From Lama guanicoe (lineage: Eukaryota): 64,000 bases of DNA. Location of the stretch: assembly GCA_013239625.1 (NCBI GenBank), contig MU054117.1:3214677-3278676 (forward strand). The letters run 5' to 3'. Below the pieces are notes generated by a model. That model did not search any database, had not been told where the DNA came from, and saw only the letters and a program-made list of their open reading frames with translations. The position numbers and the translations under genes are program-made. Positions 1-12,917 of the stretch are shown piece by piece. Position 1 is the first letter of the stretch; each line of letters begins with the position of its first letter.

Positions 1-739
1 CAGACAGACCCATGTCTCCCCTCCCCCCCAGAAGGCCCCCACCTTCTCTGCCCCCTCCTCTTGGCCTTTCTTACCTTATTTCTCTACTTCAGAACACATC
101 AGAATATTCTGTAGCCCTGCCAGTGGGGTAGGTGTCATGTCCACTTTTACAACCAGAAAATAGAGACTCCAAAGTGTTAAATTAGTGGCTGAGGTCTCTC
201 AACTTAGCGCACCCTCCTGGACGCCAAACCTGCTCTGACTCCAAAGCGCATGTTTTCCTGTGACAGTGCCATCCCTGCCTTCAAGGACTTCCCTCTCCAG
301 CATGACTGTAAGTAAGGAACTGTGTTTGGTGGGTAACACTGGGGAGAGAAGTCGGAATGGGCTCCCCTCTGGGGCTGGGTGCCTTCTTCACATCCAAGGG
401 CAGACTGGGGAAGGCACGAAGGTGGGCAGAGATGCCCTGCTGCCTCTGCGCCTGCTCAGCAAGGAGGAATGGGGACCAGCGTTTGCAGGACAATGATCCC
501 CTTTAATGCGCGGTTCCACACCTCCAGCCGCAGCTGCATCCCCCAAGCCCTTCCCGCCTGCATGGATGACTCCAGTCCAGGAGGACACGGCTAGCCTCTT
601 GCCCCTTTCTCCCAAACACTATAATCCTGTTTCAACAATTCAGTTCTGCTCCATGTCCACCTGAAGACACAGAACCCTGTTAAACCTCTAAGGTCACCTC
701 AATTTCTATTGAACACTCTCACTCTTAAAAGTAACTCAC

Positions 740-1800
740 TTTTAAAAACAGCTTTATGGTTCATGGATGTGTCCCTAAGTAACGTATTGTTCCTTCCTAA
801 AAAATCAGGATAGATGAGGTCTAATTTATATGCAGTAAAATTACCCTTTTGGGGTTCAGCTTTCTAGGAATTTAGACAAACCTGCTGGTGTGCCCAGCGC
901 TGCAATCCAGATGTGGAACATTTTCGTCACCCCAAAAGTTCCTTGTGCCTCTCTGCGGACAATTTTCTTCCCACCACCTAGGTCCTGACAACTTCTGATC
1001 TGTTTTCCAGCCCTGTAGTTTTGCTTTTTCCAGAATGTCAAGAAGGAAAACTTTAACAAGGTTGCTATTGAATATGTGATTACTGGAGCTGTGTTTGTGC
1101 ACACATGTGAGCGCACGCATCCACAAGTGTGTGCAACAAAACCCTGATTGGTTAAGGAAGTCACCTTTGATTCCTAGTTGGGCAAGGGCTCAAACTTGTT
1201 ATCGGAAAGCAAATATTGAATGTTGTCAAATGTTTTCTGTCTCTGCTGAGATGCTCATCTGGTTTTTCTTCTTTTAATGAACTGCTATGTAGTGACCCAC
1301 ACTTAGACATTTTCTAATGCTGGCCCAGCTTTGCCTTCATGGAAGGAATCCAACTTGGTCATAATTTTTTTTTTTTCTGTTTGACTAGTGTCAGTATGTC
1401 AGTGTTGTGTTTAGAATTTTTGAGTCTTTATTCACTGTGAGATGGTTCTGTGACTTTTTTTTGTCTCTGGCATCTAGGTTTGATCTTGGTATCAAGATTA
1501 TGCTGGTCTCAGAGAATGTCTTAAGAAGTGTTCCCCGTTTTTCCTACTCTGCAGAAGAGTTAGAGTCATGCTGGCCCTGGCTTTGTCTTTAATGTTTGGC
1601 ATACTCACTTATCAGATCATCTGGGGCTGCTGTTTTCCATGCAGGGAGATTGTTAACTACTCGTGACCCACATTTAGGGGTCCTCCATTTCCCCTTGAGT
1701 CTATTTTGTCAATGAGTACTTGGCTGGTAATTTGTCCTTTTCATTTAAATTTTCAAATTTATGGGCAATAAATGCCTTGTAATAGCCCCTCAGACTTTCA
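740..1800 (-). mobile_element. Old LINE-1 (L1M-type) fragments
   Basis: Reverse L1MB-like 3' end (acagctttat...ggaacattttcgtcaccccaaaagttcc) followed by degenerate reverse ORF2-region sequence. Confidence 0.7.
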
Positions 1801-1818
1801 GTCCTGCTGCATCAGTAG

Positions 1819-2234
1819 CATTCTAGTGTCCAAAGTCTGTTGTAACAAGGTGCCAGTGCCAGGGTGGCTTACCACAACAAAAATTTACTGTCTCAATTCT
1901 GGAGGCTAGACATCTGAAGTCAAGAGGACCACAGAGTCAGTTCCTTCTGAGGACTCTGCCGGAGATTCTGTTCCATGCCTCCCTCCTGCTTCTCATGATG
2001 GTTTGTAATCTTTGGGGCTCCTCGGCTTATAGACACATTGCTCCAGTCACTGCCTTCATCATTCTACGATGCTCTACCTGTGTCTCTCCCCTTCTTGTAA
2101 AGACACCAGTCATATTGGATTGTTGCTGCTCTAATGACCCCATCTGGATGACAGCTGCCAAGGTCCTGCTTCCTAGACGTTAACAGGTACTGGGGGTTAA
2201 ACATAGCTTTGAGGGGGACACAATTCAACCCATA
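1819..2234 (-). mobile_element. MaLR solo LTR (MLT1C-like)
   Basis: Typical motifs (ttctggaggctaga...gacaccagtcatattggatt...gggacacaattcaacccata). 5-bp TSD AGTAG at 1814-1818 and 2235-2239. Confidence 0.85.
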
Positions 2235-2979
2235 AGTAGTTCCATCCCTTTTCTCATGCCTAAGATTGCTGTTTGTGCTTTTTCTCTTTATTTCTTAATC
2301 GTTCTAGCTGGCAGTTCTCAAGTTCATCAGTCTTTTAAAGCAGCATCTTTCAGCTTTGTTAACCCTTTTTTAATCTCTTTTTTTCCTGTTTTGTTAATTC
2401 CACTCTTCGTTTAATTCATCCTTCTACTTCTTAAAAGCTTATTCTCTTATTCTACTTTCTTAGTTTGGAGCTTTGCCTTGCTACAATACAGACCTTCTTG
2501 TTTCTTACTATATAAGCATATAAGTGATGTATTTTCCTCTAGCCATCTCTGATCACTTATAAACTTTTCTGACCACTTTTCAAACCTCATTTCCCACATT
2601 TTCGTATGCAGTCTTTTGCCCGACACGCTTCCTCTTTTATTGCTTCCTGTCAAGTAGACCTTTTTCCAGGCTTTTGCTTTCCCCATTTTAGCTTCTTAAG
2701 GTTGAGTTGTGTCTCCTGAGAGCAGCATAGATTAGACTTTTAAATCCAGTCTAACCGTATTCACCCCTGCATGGAAAAATTTAGTCTAATAATTATTTCA
2801 TTCCTCTTGGTGGAATATTTAGTCCACTTTAGTGATCACTGACAAAATTGGACTTATTTTTACCATATTGTTCTTTGTCTCTTTCCCCTGTTTTTTGTCC
2901 TGTTTCATTAAAAAATCCAGATGGATACTGCCAGGACACTGACATGACCAGCCTAAGTATCTCCTGCTGCCTCCCACGC

Positions 2980-3500
2980 TGTTGGTGGGGACACAAACTG
3001 GTACGGCCTCTATGGAGGACAGGATGGAGGTTCCTTAAAAAACTAAAAACAGACCTACTATATGATCCAGTAATCCCACTCCCGGGCATATATCTGGAGA
3101 AAAATATAATTTGAAAAGACACATGCACCACAATGTTCATAGCAGCACAGTTTACAATAGCCAAGAGCTGGAAGCAACCTAAGTGTCCATCGACAGATGA
3201 CTGGGTAAGGAAGCTGTAGGATATTTATACAATGGGATACTACGTAGCCATAAAAAGAATACAATAATGCCATTTGCAGCAACATGGATGGACCTGGAGA
3301 TTGTCGTTCTAAGTGAAGTAAGCAAGAAAGAGAAAGAAAAAATTCCGTATGATGTCACTTATATGTGGAATTGAAATAAAAGGACACAAATGAACTTATT
3401 TACAAAACAGAAACAGACTCACAAACATAGAGAACAAACTTATGGTCACCAGGGGGGAAAGGCAGTGGCAAGGGACAAATCGGGAATTCGAAATCTGCAC
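2980..3500 (+). mobile_element. Young LINE-1 3' fragment (ORF2 end and 3'UTR), lacking its own tail
   Basis: tatggagg...tatgatccagtaatcccactcccgggcatatatctggag...gcagcaacatggatggacctggag; shared with other copies in the window. Confidence 0.9.
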
Positions 3501-3502
3501 CT

Positions 3503-3645
3503 CCTGGGGAGTGATGGAGACGTTAGCTGTCCTGATGGTGGTGGTGGTTTCATGAGCGTGCACATCTGTCAGAATTCCTCACACTGTACACCTGAAAAAG
3601 GTGTGGTTCACTGTGCAGGTGCTAAGCAATAAAAATAAAATAAAT
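3503..3645 (+). mobile_element. Old L1M 3' terminus
   Basis: ggggagtgatggagacgtt...gtggtggtttcatg...ctgtacacctgaaa...caataaaaataaaa. Confidence 0.7.
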
Positions 3646-4259
3646 GCCTCCTGCTGTCACTGTGCCCTAGAGAGACTCCTCTCCGTGGGGTACGCCTTCC
3701 TAGACTCGAAATCCTGAAGACCACCCCTTTCAAAACAAAAACAAAAACACTTCTGTGAAAGGGAAAGGTTAACATTACTAAGAAAAGGAAGGAACAGGAG
3801 GTAAAATGAGCTGCCATGGACCATCCTCATTCTCAAAAGGTCAAGAGGGCTGAGGCCACCGCATCTGAAAACAGGAACAGCACCGGGCCTGCTGTGGATA
3901 AATACTCAGCTTCCTTCCCCAGTGAGGTCATTGAAAGAGGAACCTCGGAGCTGGAACACTGGCCTCAAGTGTTTATGCGGCCGGGGCCCGGCCCTCCAGC
4001 AGAGCAGATCTGGTGAGACCACTGTGCAGGGCAGCCCTTCCCCGGCGCTGGGGGTGAGGAGGACAGAGATCTCTGGGCCCTGCTCCTGGAGTTGCTGAGA
4101 ACTTCCTGAGTAATGCTGCCGTTTCTGGTCAGGGGGCGTATCCAGGGCACGAGCCCAGGCAGCAGCTCAGATGAGGACGAGAGCATCCTTCTCTTCGTGG
4201 CCCCAGGTCCCAGGTCCCAGGTCCCAGTGCAAGGCAGGTGCTCTGGGAATGTTGGATGA

Positions 4260-4437
4260 AGCTCTGAGTGGGGAGCTACTTTATTTCCCCTCTCTTGATC
4301 TCAAACGTCCTCATGAAGAGTCTGCCATGTAAACGGAGTGTTACAGGAAGACTTAAGGGAGCGAAGCATCTTAGGTGCTCAGGCCAAGAAACGTGCCCAG
4401 AGGGTCCACTGTCTCACTGCCTGGGGGCCTGTCCAGC
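4260..4437 (-). pseudogene. Candidate terminal exon
   Basis: Long pyrimidine tract ending ctctccttttgttcaag|G (an alternative AG lies 17 nt upstream). Continues the upstream frame as LDRPPGSETVDPLGTFLGLST* (TAA 4371-4373), then about 85 nt to AATAAA. The 3' end position is approximate. Confidence 0.4.
4280..4285 (-). terminator. Putative polyadenylation signal AATAAA
   Basis: tttatt on the + strand, downstream of the candidate terminal-exon stop. No obvious GU-rich downstream element. Confidence 0.35.
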
Positions 4438-4904
4438 CTTGAACAAAAGGAGAGCTAAGTGAAGAAGCGAAGAAGAAACAGGATGGCAACTGGAAGCAGT
4501 GAGACCCCAACATCCAAAGGGAGAAAAAAGAACCAGCGTGGAGTTGCGCAGAGGTCACCGCCGCAGAACTCGGGCGCAGCCGCAGAGTTGGGCCAGCCCT
4601 AAGAAGCAGAGACAGATAGGAAGGTTAGGACCCAGATGTCAAGCCCAGGAAGGAACTCTGAAGCTGGCCAGCTCTGAACTTGACTGTCACAGCCCCACCA
4701 ACTGGAGCACCTGTCTGCCTCTGCTGGTGCATCCTTGCAGCGGGCAGCTCCATGGTCCTCCTGCCCTCCCCAGCTTGCAGCTGCTTCTAGACCCCTTCCC
4801 TTGGGGAGACAGCCGCTGCCTTTCTCTTCCTGCATCCATGCTTGTACTTCCCACCACCTGCCACTTGTCCAGCCCTGGAGGGAGGCCCGGGGAGGGGGGG
4901 GTGA

Positions 4905-4924
4905 GACACACACACACACACACA
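4905..4924. repeat. (AC)n microsatellite
   Basis: Directly visible. Confidence 0.9.
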
Positions 4925-5333
4925 GGCATCTATATAGATGCACACGGCTACAGAATTCTCTCTTCCCACTCCTCCTTCTCCTGCCAACTGCCCTCACCTC
5001 ACCCCCACAATGGCTCCAGCTGGGTCAGCCACCTCCACCCAGGCCAGCTTCTCTCTCCTCTCCCCAGCACCTACGTTCCCCACACCTGGGACTGCGTGTT
5101 TCCATGGGGTTCTCCCCAGGATGGGGACCCAGGTCGACCTAACGCACACGCACACGCGCACGCCCCCCCATCACCATGACCCGGGTGGAAGCGGGGGAGG
5201 GGATGACAGTTCCATAGACGGCAGTTGATTTGCTGCTCCTTAGAGGACCCAAAACTTTTTCTTAAAGAAAAAAATGCAGAAAGGCCCCAGCTCCTGGTTG
5301 GCTAGCAGCTGGCCTCTGGAATGCCTCAGTTAC

Positions 5334-5858
5334 CGTATATGCTCGCATAGCTTCTGCAGAAGGAATGTGTCCCATCGGCCAAGCGGCGGTGGAGTGAATA
5401 CAGCAGACGCACACTCTTCCCATGAAGGGCCTGCCTCCCTTTCCAGGCTCCGCTCCCGTGGACGTGACCGTGGCCCCGAGCAATCCCCGTTGTGCCGGGA
5501 CCCACCGCGGCTGGAAGCCAGGCTGGTGTATGTAACTGACCAGAGGGAGCGCCGGGACCTCGCTGACGAGTTTCCTGGAGACTCGCCATTTAAACACACA
5601 GGACTGTTTTTCCCAGGGCTTCCCATAGGCAAGTATATACGGTATTTCATGTGAGGAATGTTCTATTCACAATCTCCTACCTTTTTGGATCGGGAAGGGA
5701 TTAGGATGATCCTATAGCTGATCAATTCTCCAGTGCCTGGAGCTCTCCTCCCCCACGACCTCCAGCCCCCAGCCAGAAGCCTTCCTCTCCTGAAACCCTC
5801 CCTTGTCCTTAGTCAGGGGCACAGGCTCCCATCCCCACCCCTGGCCAGGAGGGCTGAA
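5334..5858 (-). pseudogene. Candidate penultimate exon
   Basis: Acceptor ccttccctgccccctctgcttgctcctcag|, donor ACG|gtaact. CpG-containing frame ...ELISYRIILIPSRSKKVGDCE*NIPHMKYRIYLPMGSPGK...TPPPLGRWDTFLLQKLCEHIR. Confidence 0.4.
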
Positions 5859-8800
5859 CTGAGGAGCAAGCAGAGGGGGCAGGGAAGGAGAGGAAGTCTG
5901 TGTCTAAATGTGCACTCCAGTTACATTCCGGAGGCAAACAGAAAGCAAACTAGAAAGAATTAAAGCTAGGTCACCACTGTTTCGTATTATCCACGCCTCT
6001 CAGCTCTTCATTCATGCTGATACCCGCCAGTGGACAAGATGCCCATCCAAGGTCAGAAGTGGAGAGCCTCAGAGATGGACGTCCTCTGCCTTGTCAGTTT
6101 CAGTAGTTGGCTGGAAGGATCAGAGAGGTTCAGTGACCTGAGTAAGGTCACACAGCCAGTGTCTACAGCTCCAGGACTAGAACTCAGTTCTCCTAAAACG
6201 CGGGTCCCAGCTGGTGCCAAAGCCACCCTTGATTTTCATTCACACCATGTAGGCGTTTATTGACTGTCCCTTCCTTCAGGCAGCACCGTGGCTTAAGCCA
6301 ATGGTTAGGTGGGTAGAATGGGGACTTCTGATGGGTGGGCTGCTAATTGCTGTGGTGTCCGTAGGTGTGGACCCCGACCACACGCGGGCCCCCTTGAGGA
6401 CTGAGGCAGCGACAGTCTCACAATGACAGTTGGTTGCACAAACTTTCCAGGGCAATTGAGGGGAACTGAAATTTGATCTTTTTCTTTCTTTCTTTCTTTT
6501 CCCCCCTCCAACAGGGGCTGAAAGAGCCAGTGAAAACCCCAGACACCCCGGGCAGCCTCTGAATCACAGAAACACCGAGGAGGGCGGTGCCGTCCCTCTT
6601 GGTGGTTTGGGGACCTGGATGGAGAGCAACGCCCTCATCAGCTCTGCCCCCTTGCTGCCACTGTCGCAGTGCCTGCCCCTCTCCCAGGGTGCTGCTTTCC
6701 CGGGCGTGGGGGCTCCGGCCTGTCTGTTCCTTCACACAGCCGCTTCCTCCTCTGCGGCTCCCTGCCAGCGTCCTCGGAGAGGCCAGCACAAGGTTTCCAT
6801 TAGCGAAGCACATTCTTGTGCTATGGATATGGAACCGGGGGAAAGAAAGCAGACTGCTGCCCGTGATGGATGGGTTTTCTACAGGACTTCCCAGGGTGGT
6901 CCTTAAGGGGGCCAGGACGGAGCCGGGGGGGCCACACAGCTTCACAGCGTTCCCTTGTTCGGGACGTCTGTGTCGGGGGTCTGGCTGCCTTGCCGCCGGC
7001 CTCTCCCACCTCCATTCATCCCCTCTGCTTGCACCCTCCCCTCCCCCCATGTCCCCAGTTTACCTGAGTGCACAACATGTTCTCAATTCTCCTTTTAGTA
7101 TAAGAAGTCACGTATCTGGGACCCTGTGCGCTTTATCATGGACGTGGCCACCCGTCAGGGAAGGGGTGGTATGGGGACCCAAGCTCATGAAATATCACCC
7201 AACGGTCCTACATTAAAAAAAAAAAGTCTCTCTTTTCAGGATGCTTTGGTTTGTAAGCATGCTTTTTCCACAATCATCACCCTCACCCAACACACAGCCC
7301 GAAAGAGGAGATTGATGGTTCAAAAGCTGATCTCTGCCCCATTCTTTTTGTTTTAGAAGAAGGAGATGAGTCTCTGGGAGCTGAAGTGGCAGAGTGAGGA
7401 AGCAAGTCCTGTCCCTGGACCTGAGGTCCCATCCTGCTCCGTCCGGTGACACCGTTGGAGGGAACCGAGAACCACTGTCTTAAGAAGGGTCTCTGCCCTC
7501 AGGGACTCTCAGCCCCACTGGGGTGTCCGTACCTACAGAGGAAATAACACACAATTCAGGAGAGTAGCTGCTCACAGTGCGACACAGAGATGCTTTGGGG
7601 ACAGATAGCCCTTGAGGACAAGAGTGAATTGAGGCCCATTATCCCAATTCATTGAGGAGAAAATGGAAAGATCGTAAAGAAAGGGAACAGTTCACCAAGG
7701 TCAAATCCCCCAGAACAAAGACGAGTTAATCAAATCTTTAATCCTGTTGAAGGGCTTTCAAAGAGCTTTTGGGGACAGGTGGAACGGCCGACCAGAAGCC
7801 CAGACCTCCCAGGAGGAAAGCGGAGACCAGTGCCCCAGCCTCTTTCCTCTTCAACACAGGAAAGTTCTTCCCACCGCTGGAGCAGAAGAACTCAAAGTCA
7901 CAGGACACACATATGGACTGCAGCCTCAGAAGTTCGTCCTGTCCAGGTCTTGGAAAGTTACATGTCAGAGGCTCTGAGAACTTCTCCAGACAAAACCCAA
8001 AGCAAACAACCAAAAAATCCCAAAGAAGAAAAACCGTTTCACTCCCTTTACTGGCGCTTCCCTCTCTGACCTACGGAGCCAGCGTCCCCTCTCCTGCCCG
8101 GTCCCTAGGAGACGCAGAGTTCTGCTCTTCTGGGGACCGGCTGGCAGCAGGGAGGACCCCTCTGTCTGGGGTAGCCTTAGGGGCCATCCCACAAGTGGCC
8201 TTTCTAAAGGCCTTCCCAGCTCTCGGATCCCCGAGTTCACACCTGGAAATGAACGTGTTCGTTCCTTCCTCCTGGAGGGACTCAGCACCGACGCCCATCA
8301 CAGGGACCTGTGCTCACCCGTCTGCTGCACACACGTGGGTCTCCCCAGAGTGTTGCCAAGACTGTGTCAGGACCCAGCATAGAGCTTGACATCCAAAATG
8401 TATGTGCCTAAAAGGTGTGCACCCACGGGATGCACTGCCCTGTCAGTGATTCCGACATTTCTCCCCTCTTCCCCCCAAACCTCCACCCGCCGTAGAGTTT
8501 GTGTCTTGAGTCTCCCAGGGAGCTGAGCTGGGAGGGGTGGAGCGTCCACTTGGAGGGCCAGATGCGCAGAAGCCGACCCCACTCTCCATCCACCCACCCC
8601 TACCTCTGCCCCAGTGAAGCCTCCACCCAAAACCCTCTCTGCCCCCCAGGTTGATGGGGCCACGGGACAGCACCCCACCCCAGGGCCCCGCCTCCCACTC
8701 TGCTCCCTCTCTCCTCTCCTCTCTCATCCTCGCCCCTCCTCAGCACACCCCGCTCCTCTCCTCTCTCCCCCTCTTCCTTGCCCCCTCCCCACTGCCCTCC

Positions 8801-10367
8801 CCACCCCCCCCCCAAAGCTGGGCCTTCTTTCCCTCGGTCTGGCTGGGCCCTGGGCCAGTCGCTTGCCTCCAGCGGCCCGATTCAGGATGATCTGAATCAG
8901 AAATGCATGCGTAGGCCCAGTGGCTCCAGAAGATGCCCTTCCCTAGTCTCCCGGGTTAAAGCCCACTTAGGGAAGAGCTGCGTCCGGGCAGCGGCGGCAC
9001 GTCTGACCATAGCCTCGGCCACCGTGGCCGCCGGCGCGGCGGCCCAGGGAAGGTGAGGGTTTGCAGGCGCAGGTTCAGAGGGCATCTCAGCTCTCTTAGG
9101 GCGAGGGCATCCTGCTTCTTGTCACGGAAGGAGTTTGGCTCCAGGAAAGGCCCAGACTTGGCTGGGAAGAGCCAGATGTGTGTCAGAGGTGAAGCAGAGA
9201 GAAGCGAGGACCCACTCCTGCATCTGCCCCCCGGCTCCTGCGGGCAGAACGCAAGGGAGGTCCAGGAAGAGAAAGAGCTGGGGGGCCTGCTGGCGGAGGC
9301 AGTGAAGCAGGAGAGGAGGCCGGGGTGGGGAAAAGAGCGTGACCTGCTGACTATGCGGGCAAGGGGTCCCGCAGCCCCGGCCCAGGTGAAGAGGCAGGAA
9401 ACAGGAATGTCTCCGGGCCCTGACATGTGGTTGTAATGCACACAGACCCACGGGCGCCTGGGGACCTGGAGGTCATCCCCTCCACCCTCCTGCTTCCGGG
9501 CAGGGCTGCATCTAGGCCAGTCGAGATGTGCAGGCAGCGAGCTCGGCTCCGGAAGGTCCCCGGGGAGGGAGAAACGGGCTTCCTTTCACCAAAGACGAGT
9601 CTCAGGATCTTGGTGTTGACTTTTCCCGCATCATCCAGAAAGGTCACGCTTTAGGAAGGCCCACCAGAAACTGCTTTGTGACTCAGCTGGATGCTGGGCC
9701 CCCTGGGTCCTGGGTCAGCGGTGCCCCCTGACCCACCTCCTCCGAGGTTCCCCAGCACGGAGCTGCTGGCTGCCAGGCCGGATCCCTTTAGCTGCCCTTT
9801 GTGCTCTCTGCGCAGCCAGGGAACGCGTGCAGCTTGGTTAGAAAGGCGAGCGCTGTCCTTCATGTAAAAGTGTATTGAAATTGCCGCTGTGGCTGCAGCT
9901 TCAGTGGAGACGAAATTCAGTGTGTGTCAGTTCCCTTCTGTAGAAGACCCGTTGCCTACCGCGTGGTCCCCACGGCGGACAGGGGGTGAGGGTCAGCATC
10001 CCAGGTGGGATGCCTTCCCTGGCCTGCCTCCCACTCCACCCCAGCCGGGTCACAGGTCGGCCCCGCCCCATCACCTGTGTGTCCCCATAATCACGTCGGC
10101 TGACTTTTGGAGAGGCAGTAGGGTGACACAGAGGAACAGCTAGAGGCTTCCCACGGGGCAGCCAAATAGAATGTAGTCTCCAAACCAGGATGCTTCTGAG
10201 AGCTAAAGGGCTGTGGTCCATTATGTAGGGCAGCAGGCAGAGATCAGAATTTGTCCAGGTGAAGTGGGACTTCAATCACCCTGTCCCTCCACCCGGTACC
10301 TTAACGGATCCCGAGCAATTTAACTGTTTTGAGCCTACGTTTCTTACTGGTAAACCCTGCTGAGGGG

Positions 10368-10530
10368 AGGGGTTCTCAGTCTTTGAAGTACAGGAGAGCT
10401 ATTCAGGATGTTTGTCAAGAACGAAGACGCCCAACATAGCTCCCTTAAATTCTGATCCAGTGGCTCCAGGGTGTGGCCTGGGAGTCTGCATTCTGGCTGC
10501 TGGTCCGTAGCTCACCCTGTAAGAAGCCTT
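10368..10530. mobile_element. MER5A-like hAT-Charlie MITE
   Basis: ggttctca...aattctgatccagtggctccagggtgtggcctgggagtctgcatt...gctggtccg...gaagccttg. Confidence 0.65.
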
Positions 10531-11707
10531 GCCTTTGAGTCATAGTAAGGGCTATGAAAATAGCACAAGAAAGTCACCGGGGCAGCGGGGCCACCGTGAG
10601 CGGCAGCCCCCACCCGCCCCGTACCTCTTTGGTTTATTCTTTTCCTTTTTCCTCCCCCTCTACCCTGTGAGCTCCCCCAGGGCAAGCGTTGTGTCTTAGT
10701 ATCTTTGAAGACACAGTGCCAGATGGGCCCACACTAGGTGCTAAACGATGATCTAGTGCTCCTTTCTCGATGCTCATGCGCGGAGGACAGAGGTGGGATG
10801 CCTTCCCACCGTCACCCACAGGCGGTAGTCGAGCTGGTACCCAGGGCCCCGCGGAGAGAACGGCTGATCGGCAGAGGATGGACGGCTCCGAGTCCGGGCG
10901 CCTGGCAGGCAGCCTCAGCTCTGCCGCCCCCTCCCCAGCTCATCCTCAAGCTCAAGGTGAACAACCTGGGCCCGGGTGGAGCCCAGGTTTGCTGAGAAAT
11001 CTGGCTGAGAGATCTGACCGTTAAATGGGTTTCATCCTGAAATGACTTGGAGTGAAAACTGAAAGCAAAACTCAAACCACCCACTTCCCCCAGCAAGTGC
11101 TGAGTTCAGCGAAGCTGCCCCAGCCTTGGAGGCCATTCTCGTGCCACTCCCTTCGCTGCCCCAACCCCAACCCCGTGGACTGCTGTACCCCCACCTTCTC
11201 CCACAGGAGACACTGCTCCACGCAGGGCGGTTCTCAGCCTCCTTGTCAACCCTGACGCCTTCCTATGCCTTGACTAAACATTTACTAAATAAGAAGCAAT
11301 TCTTCCTTTAAAAAAAAATCAGACACCCATAATGACCATTATATATTGAGCTGCATACTCCATTGTTTCAACAGCAAGTTGATGACCTTTCAAGTCAAAA
11401 CCAGAAATGTAACAGTTAAAAATACAAAAACAAGTCCACAGGTTAATGTACGTATTAGCATGTGTGTAAAAGCAATATACATTCTCAGAGCAGAAACTTA
11501 AACAGTGCAGAAACAAAAGGTAGTTCCTCTAATGCCATCCTCCAAAAACCACCTCTTTTACTAGCCCAGGGTTCTTTTTTTTTTTTAACGCTATATTGTA
11601 GTTAGTCTTGCGGTAGGATTGGTACCGAATGCACACTGTTACCTAAAGCTCTGAGAGGCTCAATAAACTTGCCCAAGATCACCCAGCTAGGAGGTGGCAT
11701 GGGGAGG

Positions 11708-11742
11708 CAGAGACAGAGACAGAGACAGAGACAGAGAGACAG
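11708..11742. repeat. (CAGAGA)n hexamer repeat
   Basis: cagagacagagacagagacagagacagagagacag. Confidence 0.9.
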
Positions 11743-12917
11743 AAAGAGCACGAGAAACCTACTAGCAGTGAAAAGGGCAGCCAGGGCCCAGCTCTCCTGG
11801 GAGCAGGGGCTTCCCTGCCTATTCAGTGCTTCTCGAGCAGACATGAGTGACCCCTGCAAACACATGGATGATGGGCTTGCCTGATGGTTGGAATTAAGTA
11901 TTTAAACCCAGAATAATAAGAATAAGATTGGAGTCGCACCTTTTGAGTTTGTAGAGACGGAAACTGAAGCCCCGAGGACCAGTGTGAACTTCCTGCCCCT
12001 GCTAACTGGGTACAGGAGGACCTCCTGAGAGATCTGCAGGGCTGGACTGTTTAACAGAACCAGTTTCCTGGCCCTCAGCCTCCACGTGCCCATCTCGGTC
12101 AGGACCTGCCGGCCTCTCCTCCACAAATGCCCTCTCCCCTGTCCTCGCCCCGCCTGACTCTCACCAGGTCCCAGGTACTAACACCCACGGAAGCCTTCTC
12201 ACTCAAGACTCTTGTCTCTTCCATATTTCAGACCCACGTTACAAAGGGGCTGCTTTGGGCTGTCATGGACATATTCAATTCAGGCACATTCTAGAGCAAA
12301 GGCAAGGACAGTGACAATTTGTGCTTCACAGTCTCACCTCTTTTTCCCTCCTACAATAGCCAAAGAGGGGAAGAAAAGCCTTTCCCTGAAGAGAAGCCCA
12401 GAGGAGTGAGGCTGGCAGGGCGTCAGCACGAGCTATTCAAAATCCTGCCATCTTGTGTCATCCAGGAAATAAATTCACACGTCCATGCCTTTTCCGACAA
12501 TCTAGCCTAAAATCTGAAATCAGGAAAGAGACGCTTGTCCCAGGACGTGTGCTGACACCCACCTGTCCGGCAGGTTCGTGAGCTCCTGGCTCAGCACCCC
12601 CTCCAGTCATCTCTCCTCTCCTCTGTCTTGGAGTTTTCATATGCGGCGAGCAGGGTTCCTCGAGCACCTGTCCCCAGCCAGCCTGCCCTCGACCTGCCCC
12701 AGCCACTGGCTCCCGTGTGCATGTGCTGGACCTGGCTCTACAGTAATTGCAATCTCGCCACAGTGCCGGTTTCTTGCACTCCACCCTTTAATTCTGCCTC
12801 CTGTCTGTCCCGCCTCCTCCCTGTAGAACCTCAGTTCCAACCATAAGAGGGTCTGGGGGGTCCCTCTTGTCCACTGACCGTCCCTCCTCACTAGCCTCAC
12901 TCCCTCCCCCGTCTTAC

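Noticed and set aside
4499..5179. 226-aa ORF
   Set aside because: Non-ATG start, translates through a CA microsatellite and C-rich low complexity. No recognisable protein.
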